The notes under the pieces: model-generated
What the model saw: only the letters and a program-made list of their open reading frames with translations
Databases searched by the model: none
Told to the model about the DNA's origin: nothing
Assembly: GCA_964398515.1 (NCBI GenBank)
Contig: CAYNNX010000004.1
Coordinates: 1 to 56,166, forward strand
DNA from: an uncultured Streptantibioticus sp.
Lineage (GTDB): Bacteria; Actinomycetota; Actinomycetes; Streptomycetales; Streptomycetaceae
DNA: 56,166 bases
Direction of reading: 5' to 3'
Position numbers and translations under genes: made by a program
Shown: positions 16,878 to 25,023 of the stretch, piece after piece
How the letters are laid out: each line of letters starts with the position of its first letter
Numbering within the stretch: the first letter of the stretch is position 1

Positions 16878-18084
16878 GAGCGCGGCAAACGTCATCTACC
16901 TGGTGGTGGTCGCCATCGGCGCCTGCAGCGCGGCCGTCAAGGTCTCCGCGCTGCGCCGCGGCTTCTCGGTCTCGGTGCTGGTGATGATCTCCTGCCACGT
17001 CGTGGGAGCGCTGGCCTTCCTGACCGCCTCGCCGGTGGTCTACCGCCTCATCGACCATCTGTCCGGGCGGTTGGGGCTCGCGACGCTGGTGGTCTACTCG
17101 TTCATCGTCCTGTTCGGCGCCCACGCCCACCTGCTGGCCGTCCTCTGGGCCGCCGAGGTCAGGGGCGGCCCCGCCCCGCGGTGGCGGATCACCTGCCATG
17201 CCGTCAGTTACGCGGTGATCCTCGCGGCCATGGCGGCGGTCTTCTGGCGGGCCCGTCTGACGGGCCCCGAGCGTCCGCTGAAGTTCAACGTCACGCACGC
17301 GGACGACCCGGACGTGATCATCTTCCTCGTCGTCTTCATGGCGGGCCTGTCGTACTCGATGCTCTCCACCGCCTGGGAGTGCCGCCAGGGCGCCCGCACC
17401 GAGCACGAGCGGCTGCGCCGGGGGCTGCGCAACATCAGCGTGGCCTCGCTGTTCATCTTCGGGTACGTCGTCTTCGCCGGGCCCTCGCTCGCGGCGGCGG
17501 CCGCCGGGGACCACGCCTTGGACTTCCTGACCGATCTGGGCGCCGCCTCGGGCACGGTGGGGGCGTTCGTCCTCAACTGGGGCTTCTCCGGACCCGTGGT
17601 GCAGGTGTGGTGGCGGGACCGGCGGGACTACCTGCGGCTGCGCGTGCTGTGGGAGACCGCGGTCGGCGGCGCCGACCGCACCGTGGCGCTCCCTCCCCCC
17701 AGCCGCATGGTCGAGCGGTGGTCGCTGCTGAGCGCCGGGGCGTGGCTGCTGCTGCGGCGGCTGGCCGACATCTGCGACGCGGAGCGGGCGTTGTCACCGT
17801 GGATGGACCCGGAGCTGGCCCGCCGGGCCGAGGAGGCGGGCAGGCGGCGCGGGTTGGCGCCGGCGGACGTCAGGGCGGTCACCTGCGCGGTGATCCTGCT
17901 GGACGCGGTGGACCGCAGGAGGCGCGGCGAGGCGCCGGGCTTCGGTCCCACGCCCCGCCCGGACGACGTGGCGCCCGAGAGCGAGCGGGCCCATCTGGTG
18001 CGGGTGGCCCGCGCCCTCGGCGATCCCCTGGTGCGCTCGCTGCTGGAGCCCCGGCGTCCCGGCGCCGCCCTGGGCAGCTCCTAG
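16870..18084 (+). CDS. polytopic membrane protein (about 7 TM) with an Arg-rich cytoplasmic C-terminal domain; function unknown
   Basis: 404-aa track ORF. GTG 16870 overlaps the upstream stop by 8 nt (GTGTCTGA), with GGAGG 4 nt upstream. From memory it resembles actinobacterial proteins annotated 'MAB_1171c family putative transporter'; this is unverified. Confidence 0.75.
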   Translation: MSESAANVIYLVVVAIGACSAAVKVSALRRGFSVSVLVMISCHVVGALAFLTASPVVYRLIDHLSGRLGLATLVVYSFIVLFGAHAHLLAVLWAAEVRGGPAPRWRITCHAVSYAVILAAMAAVFWRARLTGPERPLKFNVTHADDPDVIIFLVVFMAGLSYSMLSTAWECRQGARTEHERLRRGLRNISVASLFIFGYVVFAGPSLAAAAAGDHALDFLTDLGAASGTVGAFVLNWGFSGPVVQVWWRDRRDYLRLRVLWETAVGGADRTVALPPPSRMVERWSLLSAGAWLLLRRLADICDAERALSPWMDPELARRAEEAGRRRGLAPADVRAVTCAVILLDAVDRRRRGEAPGFGPTPRPDDVAPESERAHLVRVARALGDPLVRSLLEPRRPGAALGSS

Positions 18085-19412
18085 CGCCCGGGCCCGTAGA
18101 GCGTTCGCGCCACCAGGGCCAGCGTGCCCGGGCGGGCCAGCGTGCGGGGGTGGGCCCGCATGTGGACCACGTCCAGGAAGCGGCGGTGGGCCTCCGTGTC
18201 CTCGACGGTCGCCCGGGCCAGCAGGGCGGTGTACCACCGGGCGGCGCGGTAGCCGGCCGGGTAGGGGCCGGGCACGTGCGGCAGGGCCAGGTCGCCCAGG
18301 GTGGAGAAAGCCCAGGCGGCGCCGACCACCACGCGTACCCGCCGGAAGTAGTCCCACGCCGGTTCGGCGGGCGAGGCGCCCGAGCGCAGCCACGCCGACA
18401 GGCAGGAGGCGTGCAGGGCGGCCGAGGACATCCCCTGGCCGTAGACCGGGTTGAAGGCGGCGACCGCGTCGCCCGCCGCGACCAGTCCGCCGGGGAAGCG
18501 CCGCAGGGCGGTGAAGTCCCGCCGGCGGCTGTCCGGTACCCGGTGCACGGCCACGTCGCCGAGCATCTCGCACTCCGCGGCGATCTCCCGGAACGGCGGT
18601 GCGATGGACCGGCGAAGCCTGGCGACGAACTCCTCGGGATCCTTCGTCGGGCGCCGGTCCGCGTAGGCGGCGATCATCGCCATCCAGCGGCCGCCCTCGA
18701 CCTCGGCGACCGCGTTGCCGTCCAGCTCCGGCCACCCGGGCGCCTGCGGGCCGAACGCCGAGGCCGCCAGCCCGACCCCGGGGAGCTCCGCGCCGCGGCG
18801 GAAGAAGGCCGTCGCGTACCCCAGGTCGATGGGCATGCGCTGCAATTGCGGGCCCTGCCAGCCGGCCCGCTCCAGCCACGCCCCCAGCCGGCTCGACCGG
18901 CCGGTCGCGTCCACCACCAGGTCGGCCGCAAGGCGCTCCCGGTCCGTGGTGCCGAGCGGCTGGTAGCGCACCCCGTCCACCCGCCGGCCCAGGAACGTCA
19001 GGCCGTCCGCGCGGCCGCGTGACACCGTCACGTTCTCCAGCGCCAGCACCCGGCGGCGGACCCGGGACTCCAGGAACGGGCGGGTGGCGCTGATGAACTC
19101 GCCGTCGGGGACGCGCGCCTTGAGCATCCCGTCGATGTAGCTGTGGAAGCCCGTGCCGCCGCTGTGGACCGCACCGTCGGCCACGAACTCGGCGCCGATC
19201 CCGGGGAACCAGCGCTCCAGCTGGATGCGGCCCATGTCCAGCAGCACGTGCAACTGCTGCGCCTGCGGCGCGCCGGGACGGGGGTCGAGGCCGTCGTGCC
19301 CATCGTGCGGGTCGTCCGGCTCCACGATCACCACGTTCTCCGCGTGGTCGCTCAGCACCCGAGCCGCCATCAGCCCGGCGATGCTTCCCCCCAGTACGAC
19401 CGCTGTACGCAC
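18081..19412 (-). CDS. FAD-dependent oxidoreductase / monooxygenase-like protein
   Basis: 443-aa track ORF with GTG start. N-terminal Rossmann motif VVLGGSIAGLMAA, plus DATGRSS and GDAVAAFNPVYGQG motifs typical of flavin monooxygenase/reductase folds. Confidence 0.8.
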   Translation of the reverse strand: MRTAVVLGGSIAGLMAARVLSDHAENVVIVEPDDPHDGHDGLDPRPGAPQAQQLHVLLDMGRIQLERWFPGIGAEFVADGAVHSGGTGFHSYIDGMLKARVPDGEFISATRPFLESRVRRRVLALENVTVSRGRADGLTFLGRRVDGVRYQPLGTTDRERLAADLVVDATGRSSRLGAWLERAGWQGPQLQRMPIDLGYATAFFRRGAELPGVGLAASAFGPQAPGWPELDGNAVAEVEGGRWMAMIAAYADRRPTKDPEEFVARLRRSIAPPFREIAAECEMLGDVAVHRVPDSRRRDFTALRRFPGGLVAAGDAVAAFNPVYGQGMSSAALHASCLSAWLRSGASPAEPAWDYFRRVRVVVGAAWAFSTLGDLALPHVPGPYPAGYRAARWYTALLARATVEDTEAHRRFLDVVHMRAHPRTLARPGTLALVARTLYGPGR

Positions 19413-19464
19413 AGCCGACCCCCCAACTGTCGATCGTGACCGGCCCCCACCCTACGATTCCCGC

Positions 19465-20373
19465 ATGAGCGCATGGAACCAGGCACTCGACGCCGCGGGC
19501 GTCCACGGCACCGGATCGCGCCACGACTACACGGCGCAGCGCGCACTGGTGGCACGGTTCCGGCGCACCTCCTACCTCGCCGCCCGGCTGCTGCTGCCGC
19601 GGGCGGTGCTACCCCACGTGATCGCGATGACGGCGTTCATGCACCACGGCGACAACCTGCTGGACAGCGGCCCGCAGCAGGGGCGGGCGGCCGCCTGGGC
19701 GCGGTGGGAGAAGCAGGTGCGCGAGGGGCTCGCCACCGGGCGGAGCGAGGATCCGCTGATCCGCGCCGTGCTGCACACGGCGGCCGCCGTTCCGAGGCTG
19801 CCCGGTTACATCGAGGCGTATCTGGCCACCGCCACGGCCGAGTTGGAGTTCACCGGCTTCGCCACCGAAGCAGATTACGCCCGCTATGTCGACGCCTATT
19901 CGCTGCCCGCGTTCATGCTGGTCGCGGGCGTCATCGCGCCCGAGGACGATCCGGCCGAGTACCGGGCGGCCTGCCGTACGTTCATCGACGCGAGCCAGCG
20001 GCTGGACTTCGTCAACGACCTCTCCGAGGACCTGCGGGAGGGGCGGTTCGCCCTTCCGGCCCGGACGCTGGAGCGGTTCTCGGTCACCCGGGAGGATCTG
20101 GCGCAGGCCCGGGACCTTCCGCAGGTGCGTGCGCTGCTGAGCCATCTGCTCGGCGAGGCCCGCGCGGTGCTGGAGTCGGCGCGGGCCCTGGTCGACGTGA
20201 CACCGCCGGCCCACCGTCCGCTGGTGCGGGCCCTGATCGACGTCGAGCGGCTCACCGCGGACGCCGCCGAGGCCAAGGGCGCGGGGCTGCTGCGCTCGTC
20301 GGCGAGCCCACCGGCCTTCGGCGCGCTGCGGGTGCTGGCGCGCGAGTACCTGCGGGCCCGCCGGTCGCGCTGA
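19465..20373 (+). CDS. squalene/phytoene synthase family (head-to-head prenyl diphosphate synthase-like) protein
   Basis: Start at ATG 19465 inside track ORF 19153..20373 (302 aa). Both Asp-rich motifs are present: FMHHGDNLLD and DFVNDLSEDLREGRFALP. Confidence 0.8.
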   Translation: MSAWNQALDAAGVHGTGSRHDYTAQRALVARFRRTSYLAARLLLPRAVLPHVIAMTAFMHHGDNLLDSGPQQGRAAAWARWEKQVREGLATGRSEDPLIRAVLHTAAAVPRLPGYIEAYLATATAELEFTGFATEADYARYVDAYSLPAFMLVAGVIAPEDDPAEYRAACRTFIDASQRLDFVNDLSEDLREGRFALPARTLERFSVTREDLAQARDLPQVRALLSHLLGEARAVLESARALVDVTPPAHRPLVRALIDVERLTADAAEAKGAGLLRSSASPPAFGALRVLAREYLRARRSR

Positions 20374-20374
20374 G

Positions 20375-22339
20375 TCAGCGATGGCCGCCCCGGGGTGCCT
20401 CCCGGGGCAGGTCGAGCGCCGGGTTTCGGTCGAAGAAGCCGGTCGGCTTGAGCGTGAAGCCGCACACGTCCACGGGCATCACCGGCCACTCCTCCAGCCG
20501 CGGCAGGTGCGTCGGGCCGAAGGTGTGCCAGACGGTGAGCTCGGTGTCGGTGAGGGGTTCGCCGCCGCTCGTCCAGGCGGGCAGCCCCGCGCCGCCGGGG
20601 TGCTGGTTGGGGTGGTCCCCGGCCGGGTAGCGGCGGTCGGTTCGGTGCCGGGTGACCCACACGTGCTTCGTGCCGTAGGCGATGCGCCGGGCCGCCGCCG
20701 AGCCGGGCTGTGCGAGCAGGACCGGCCCGGGCTGCGTGAGGAGGGTGTAGGCGACAGGCTCCCCCATGCGGTTGCGCACCGCCGGGTTGGTGATGCGCCA
20801 GCGCCGCCCGACGGCGGGGTCGGCCAGCCGCCCGCCGTCGGCGCTGTCGGCGATCGGCGTCGCCCGGACGGTGAAGGCGTTGCCGGCCGGGTTGCCGGGA
20901 CCGGGCGGCACGGGCACCACGTCGACCTCCTCAACCGTGTTCGCCAGGCCGTCCACGGCGGCGTCCAGCCGTACGCAGAACAGGTGCTGGTGGTAGGGCG
21001 CGAGCAGCCCGGGGGCCACCTGCGTGCCGTACGGCGAGCCGGCGGCGGGGTCGACGGCGGAGGTCTGCACGATGCCGGTGGACTTGGCCTCGAAGGAGAT
21101 CGTGCCGTCCTGGTGGAAGTACCAGTAGAAGCCGTAGTCGTAGTTGCCGACGGTGGCGATGAAGGAGACGACCAGGCGGCGGGCGCGGCGGGATTCGACG
21201 GCCATGTCGTTGAAGATGTCGGTGTGCTTCCACAGCAGGCCGGCGTCCTCCTCGTGGATGCACACGGCGTTCGGCAGCGTCTGCGGGTTGCCGTGGTCGT
21301 CGGTGAGGACGGCGTCGAGGTAGCGGATCTCGCCGAGGCAGTCGCAGCCCAGCCTGAGCGAGTTGGCGTTGCGGCCGAGCAGGTACTCCCCCGCGTCCAG
21401 GAAGGCCACCCAGTTGCGGGTCGGCTCGGCCTCCGCGTAGGCCACCGCCATCTCGGCGAGCGAGGCCCGGTGCAGCACGGAGCGGTCGCGGTCGCCGTCG
21501 CGGTAGGTGATGCGGTGCAGTACCAGTCCCTCGCGGGCGTTGAAGTCGATGCGCAAGCGCCAGTTCTGCCAGCTGAGCCGGTGGCCGTCGAGCCGGAACG
21601 AGGGGCCTTCGGGCTGGCTGATCTCCAGCGGGCGCACGTCGGTGCGGGCAGCCGGGGCGAACTGCGGCTCGTAGCGCCCGCATTCGGCGGGTACGGGTAC
21701 GGCTCCGGTGTCGACCACGCGCAGCACCCGGCGCTCGATCACGTCGACGTCGGCGACGAGGCCGCCCACCGGGTGGGCCCACGGGCTGTCGGTGGCGTCG
21801 CAGCGCAGCCAGGTCAGCGAGCGCATCATGCGGCGGCCGGGGACGTCGTCGACGCGCAGGGCTCCCGCGCCCAGGGGTGCGCAGACGGCGAGTCCGGTGT
21901 CGGTGATGCCTCGGTCGGCCATGGCCTTGCGCCAGCGCGGGTCGGCCTTGACCACCCGGTCGACGATCTCGTACTCCTCGAAGGTCACCGGGGGCTGCCC
22001 GTCGCAGGCCGGGTCGAGTTCCCGGTAGGACAGCAGCAGTCCGGCGGTGACGTCGACGAGGGCTTCGGCGGTGGCGCCCGTGGCGGAGTCGAGCAGGGTG
22101 ACCCGCACGCGGCGCACCACGGGGTCGCCGTCCCGGTGGGCGGCGGCGGTGTGCCGGTCGGGCTCGTCGAGCAGCACGAGCGGCAGGCGCGTGGCAGCGG
22201 CGATCCTGCCCGCCGCGTCGAGGATCCGGCGGGCGGCGGTCAACTCCTCGGCGGACAGCGGGTCGAGGGGGTGCGGCGCGGCGCTCCCCGCGCGGTGGGC
22301 GCAGCAGGTGGTGGTCATGGTGGACTCTTCCTGGGCCAT
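20375..22339 (-). CDS. copper-containing primary amine oxidase (topaquinone enzyme)
   Basis: 654-aa track ORF. TPQ precursor motif NYDY (ATVGNYDYGFYWYF) and Cu-ligand HQH (APYHQHLF). The SD GGAGG lies inside the 3' end of the upstream permease gene. Confidence 0.9.
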   Translation of the reverse strand: MAQEESTMTTTCCAHRAGSAAPHPLDPLSAEELTAARRILDAAGRIAAATRLPLVLLDEPDRHTAAAHRDGDPVVRRVRVTLLDSATGATAEALVDVTAGLLLSYRELDPACDGQPPVTFEEYEIVDRVVKADPRWRKAMADRGITDTGLAVCAPLGAGALRVDDVPGRRMMRSLTWLRCDATDSPWAHPVGGLVADVDVIERRVLRVVDTGAVPVPAECGRYEPQFAPAARTDVRPLEISQPEGPSFRLDGHRLSWQNWRLRIDFNAREGLVLHRITYRDGDRDRSVLHRASLAEMAVAYAEAEPTRNWVAFLDAGEYLLGRNANSLRLGCDCLGEIRYLDAVLTDDHGNPQTLPNAVCIHEEDAGLLWKHTDIFNDMAVESRRARRLVVSFIATVGNYDYGFYWYFHQDGTISFEAKSTGIVQTSAVDPAAGSPYGTQVAPGLLAPYHQHLFCVRLDAAVDGLANTVEEVDVVPVPPGPGNPAGNAFTVRATPIADSADGGRLADPAVGRRWRITNPAVRNRMGEPVAYTLLTQPGPVLLAQPGSAAARRIAYGTKHVWVTRHRTDRRYPAGDHPNQHPGGAGLPAWTSGGEPLTDTELTVWHTFGPTHLPRLEEWPVMPVDVCGFTLKPTGFFDRNPALDLPREAPRGGHR

Positions 22340-22345
22340 CGGGGG

Positions 22346-23872
22346 TTACGCCTCCGTCCCGGTTCCGGCGGCCTGGTCCAGCCGGAACGCCTCGTTGCCG
22401 AGGCCGATGCGCGCGTGCGTCGTCGGGCGCAGCGACTTGAGCAGCAGGCCGTGGCCGAGGCCCACGAGCACGGCGGCGCCGACGACCCCCGGCAGGATCC
22501 AGCTCAGCGCGGATCCCGGGTCAGCGCCCAGCAGGACGCCGAAGTCCTTCACGGTGTAGACGACGATCCCCGTCAGCACGATCCCGGCGACCGCCGAGGC
22601 GGCGATGCGCCACACCTGGGCGCGGGCCGCTCCGCGCCGGGCGAAGAAGGCGATGACCGAGAAGGAGGCGGCCGCCATCAGCACGATGACGCCCAGCGCC
22701 CCCACGTTGCCCATCCAGGTGAACAGGTGCAGCACGGGTGCGGTGGGATCCCCGGCCGGGCCGTGGTCGGTGACCGCGAAGGCGGCGACGACCATCACGG
22801 ACACCGCGGTCTGCAGCAGCGAGCCGTACGCCGGTGCGCCGCTGGCCCGGTTGGTGCGGCCGAAGGCGGCCGGCAACAGCCCCTCGCGGCCCATGGCGAA
22901 GGCGTAGCGGGCGACGACGTTGTGGAAGCTGAGCATCGCGGCGAACATGCCGGTGACGAAGAAGACCTCCAACACGTCCGTGAAGCCGGTGCCGAGGCGT
23001 TCCCCGCTGAGCGAGAACAGCAGCCCCGAGCCCTGTTTCCGGGCGACTTCGACGATGTGTGCGGGGCCGGTGGCGACGGACAGCGCCCAGGAGCTCAGCG
23101 AGAAGAACAGGGCGACGAAGCCGACGGTGAGGAACATCGCCCGGGCGACGACGACCTGCGGGCGGCTGGCCTCCTCGGCGTAGACCGGTGCCTGCTCGAA
23201 GCCGACGAACGCGGCGATGGCGAAGCACAGCGCGGTGCCCAGTCCCGCGCCGGACAAGGTCGCCGGGTCGAACGCGTGCAGCGAGAGCCCCTCGCGGCCC
23301 GGGGAGGCGATCCATCCCGCGTCGAAGACGGCGACCAGGGCGACTTCGACGAGGAGCAGTACGCCGAGCACCCGTGCGTTGAGGTCGATCTTGAGCCAGC
23401 CGAGGACGCCGGTGACCGCCACGCCCGCGAAGGCGGGGATCCACCAGGCGAGGTCGGCACCGGTGTGCTCGCCGACCAGGCTCGCGATCTCGAAGCCGAA
23501 CATGCCGTAGATCCCCACCTGCATGGCGCTGTAGGCGACGAGCGCGACCACCGAGGCCCCGGCGCCGGCGGTGCCGCCCAGGCCGCGGGCGATGTACGCG
23601 TAGAAGGCGCCGGCGTTGTGGACGTGGCGGCTCATCTCGGCGTAGCCGACGCTGAACAGGATCAGTACGGCGCCCAGGATCACGAAGAGCAGCGGCTGCC
23701 CGACGATCCCCATGACGCCGTAGGTGGTGGGCATGACGCCGGCGACCACCATCAGCGGTGCGCTGGCGGCGAGCACCGACAGCAGCAGGCCCGGCAGCCC
23801 GATCCGGTCGGCGCGCAGCCGCCGCTCCTGTCCCAGGTAGGTGCTGATCTCGCTGGTACTGCCCGTCAGCAT
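22346..23872 (-). CDS. APC family amine/amino-acid permease
   Basis: 508-aa track ORF with 12 TM-type hydrophobicity. Its TAA stop lies 6 nt before the amine oxidase ATG. Confidence 0.85.
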   Translation of the reverse strand: MLTGSTSEISTYLGQERRLRADRIGLPGLLLSVLAASAPLMVVAGVMPTTYGVMGIVGQPLLFVILGAVLILFSVGYAEMSRHVHNAGAFYAYIARGLGGTAGAGASVVALVAYSAMQVGIYGMFGFEIASLVGEHTGADLAWWIPAFAGVAVTGVLGWLKIDLNARVLGVLLLVEVALVAVFDAGWIASPGREGLSLHAFDPATLSGAGLGTALCFAIAAFVGFEQAPVYAEEASRPQVVVARAMFLTVGFVALFFSLSSWALSVATGPAHIVEVARKQGSGLLFSLSGERLGTGFTDVLEVFFVTGMFAAMLSFHNVVARYAFAMGREGLLPAAFGRTNRASGAPAYGSLLQTAVSVMVVAAFAVTDHGPAGDPTAPVLHLFTWMGNVGALGVIVLMAAASFSVIAFFARRGAARAQVWRIAASAVAGIVLTGIVVYTVKDFGVLLGADPGSALSWILPGVVGAAVLVGLGHGLLLKSLRPTTHARIGLGNEAFRLDQAAGTGTEA

Positions 23873-23897
23873 GCGGGAGTTCCTTTCTCCATGGGGT

Positions 23898-24845
23898 CTA
23901 GGAGGAGCTGAGCGCGGTGGTGCGGGCGGCCTGGAAGGCCCGGACCGGGTCCCGGCCGGGATAGCACCAGGGGGCGTGTGTGGCGTAGGGGCCGATGCGG
24001 GTGATCAGGGCGGCCGCCTCGGCCATGCGGCCCTCGTGGAACTTGGCGTGGGCGAGGTAGTTGAGGTCCACCTTGTGCCGGGGGTGGTGGTCCTCGCCGC
24101 CCCATTCGAGCCACCAGTCGAAGGCGGCCTTCATCACCTGGCGGGCCCGGCGGCCGGTCCAGTGGGCGGAGGCGGCGGGATCGGCGGGTTCGGCGCCGGA
24201 CAGGGCGAGCACCCGGTAGCGCTCGGCGTGGGCCACCACCGGCAGCACCGCCAACGGCGAGTCGGCGGGCGCCTGTTCGGCGGCCCAGTCGGCGAAGTCG
24301 TACACCTCGTGCAGCGGGTCGCCGACCGTCGCCCGGCGCTCGGCCAGGCTGGCGGCCATCAGGTGGTGGGCGTGGTGGTGTTCGCGGTGCCGGGCGCGGA
24401 CCTGGTCGAAGGCGCGGGCGCAGTCGTCGTCGGTGCCGGTGCGCCGGGCGAGGACGAGCAGGGCGAGCCAGGGCGAGGGGTCGGCGGGGGCCATCGCCGC
24501 GGCGGCGAGGCAGGCGTCGCGGGCGGCGTACGGGGGCTCCAGGCCGCGGACGGCGCGTAAGACGACGGCGCAGGCGAGCAGGGCGGCGGCGTCGGCGCTG
24601 TCGGGCTCGACCAGTTGCCACTCACGTGCCCAGGCGGCGCTGGCGTTGCCTTCGGCGAGCACGACGAGCCGGTGGCCGCGCCGGTCCCAGTCGTCGCCGG
24701 TCTCGGCGAGCAGGGTGCGGGCCCCGGTCCACCTGCCGCGGGCCAGCGCGTCGCGCACGGCGGCCAGGGCGGAGTCGTCGAGGGCGGGGTCGAGCCACAC
24801 ACCGTCCGCGCGGCGGCTGCGTTTCCACCGGGGCGGAGGCGTCAT
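23898..24845 (-). CDS. hypothetical protein (possibly DUF4034-like; assignment from memory only)
   Basis: Start moved to ATG 24845 (MTPPPRWKRS...) inside track ORF 23898..25010. Good GC3, His-rich patch HREHHHAHH, and an in-frame TTA codon (L96). It lies 25 nt upstream of the permease gene. Confidence 0.65.
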   Translation of the reverse strand: MTPPPRWKRSRRADGVWLDPALDDSALAAVRDALARGRWTGARTLLAETGDDWDRRGHRLVVLAEGNASAAWAREWQLVEPDSADAAALLACAVVLRAVRGLEPPYAARDACLAAAAMAPADPSPWLALLVLARRTGTDDDCARAFDQVRARHREHHHAHHLMAASLAERRATVGDPLHEVYDFADWAAEQAPADSPLAVLPVVAHAERYRVLALSGAEPADPAASAHWTGRRARQVMKAAFDWWLEWGGEDHHPRHKVDLNYLAHAKFHEGRMAEAAALITRIGPYATHAPWCYPGRDPVRAFQAARTTALSSS

Positions 24846-25023
24846 CGGCCTGCAGCTTCCACGGCGTGCGTCCCCTCCGGACGCTTGGTCAGGGCGTCCG
24901 CTCACCACACGTGACAGGGGTGCCGGAATGCCCGGGTGGCGTGTCGCGTGTTGCGGCAATCGACGTGAGTGGTCACGCACAGCAAACCGGTCGTGACCGC
25001 CGCGCGTCAAGGGCGGAGGGCTT

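Noticed and set aside
20381-23911. 1176-aa plus-strand ORF antisense to the amine oxidase and permease genes
   Set aside because: Shadow frame with Gly/Arg/Asp/Val-rich composition. The minus-strand genes have diagnostic motifs (NYDY, HQH, polytopic permease).
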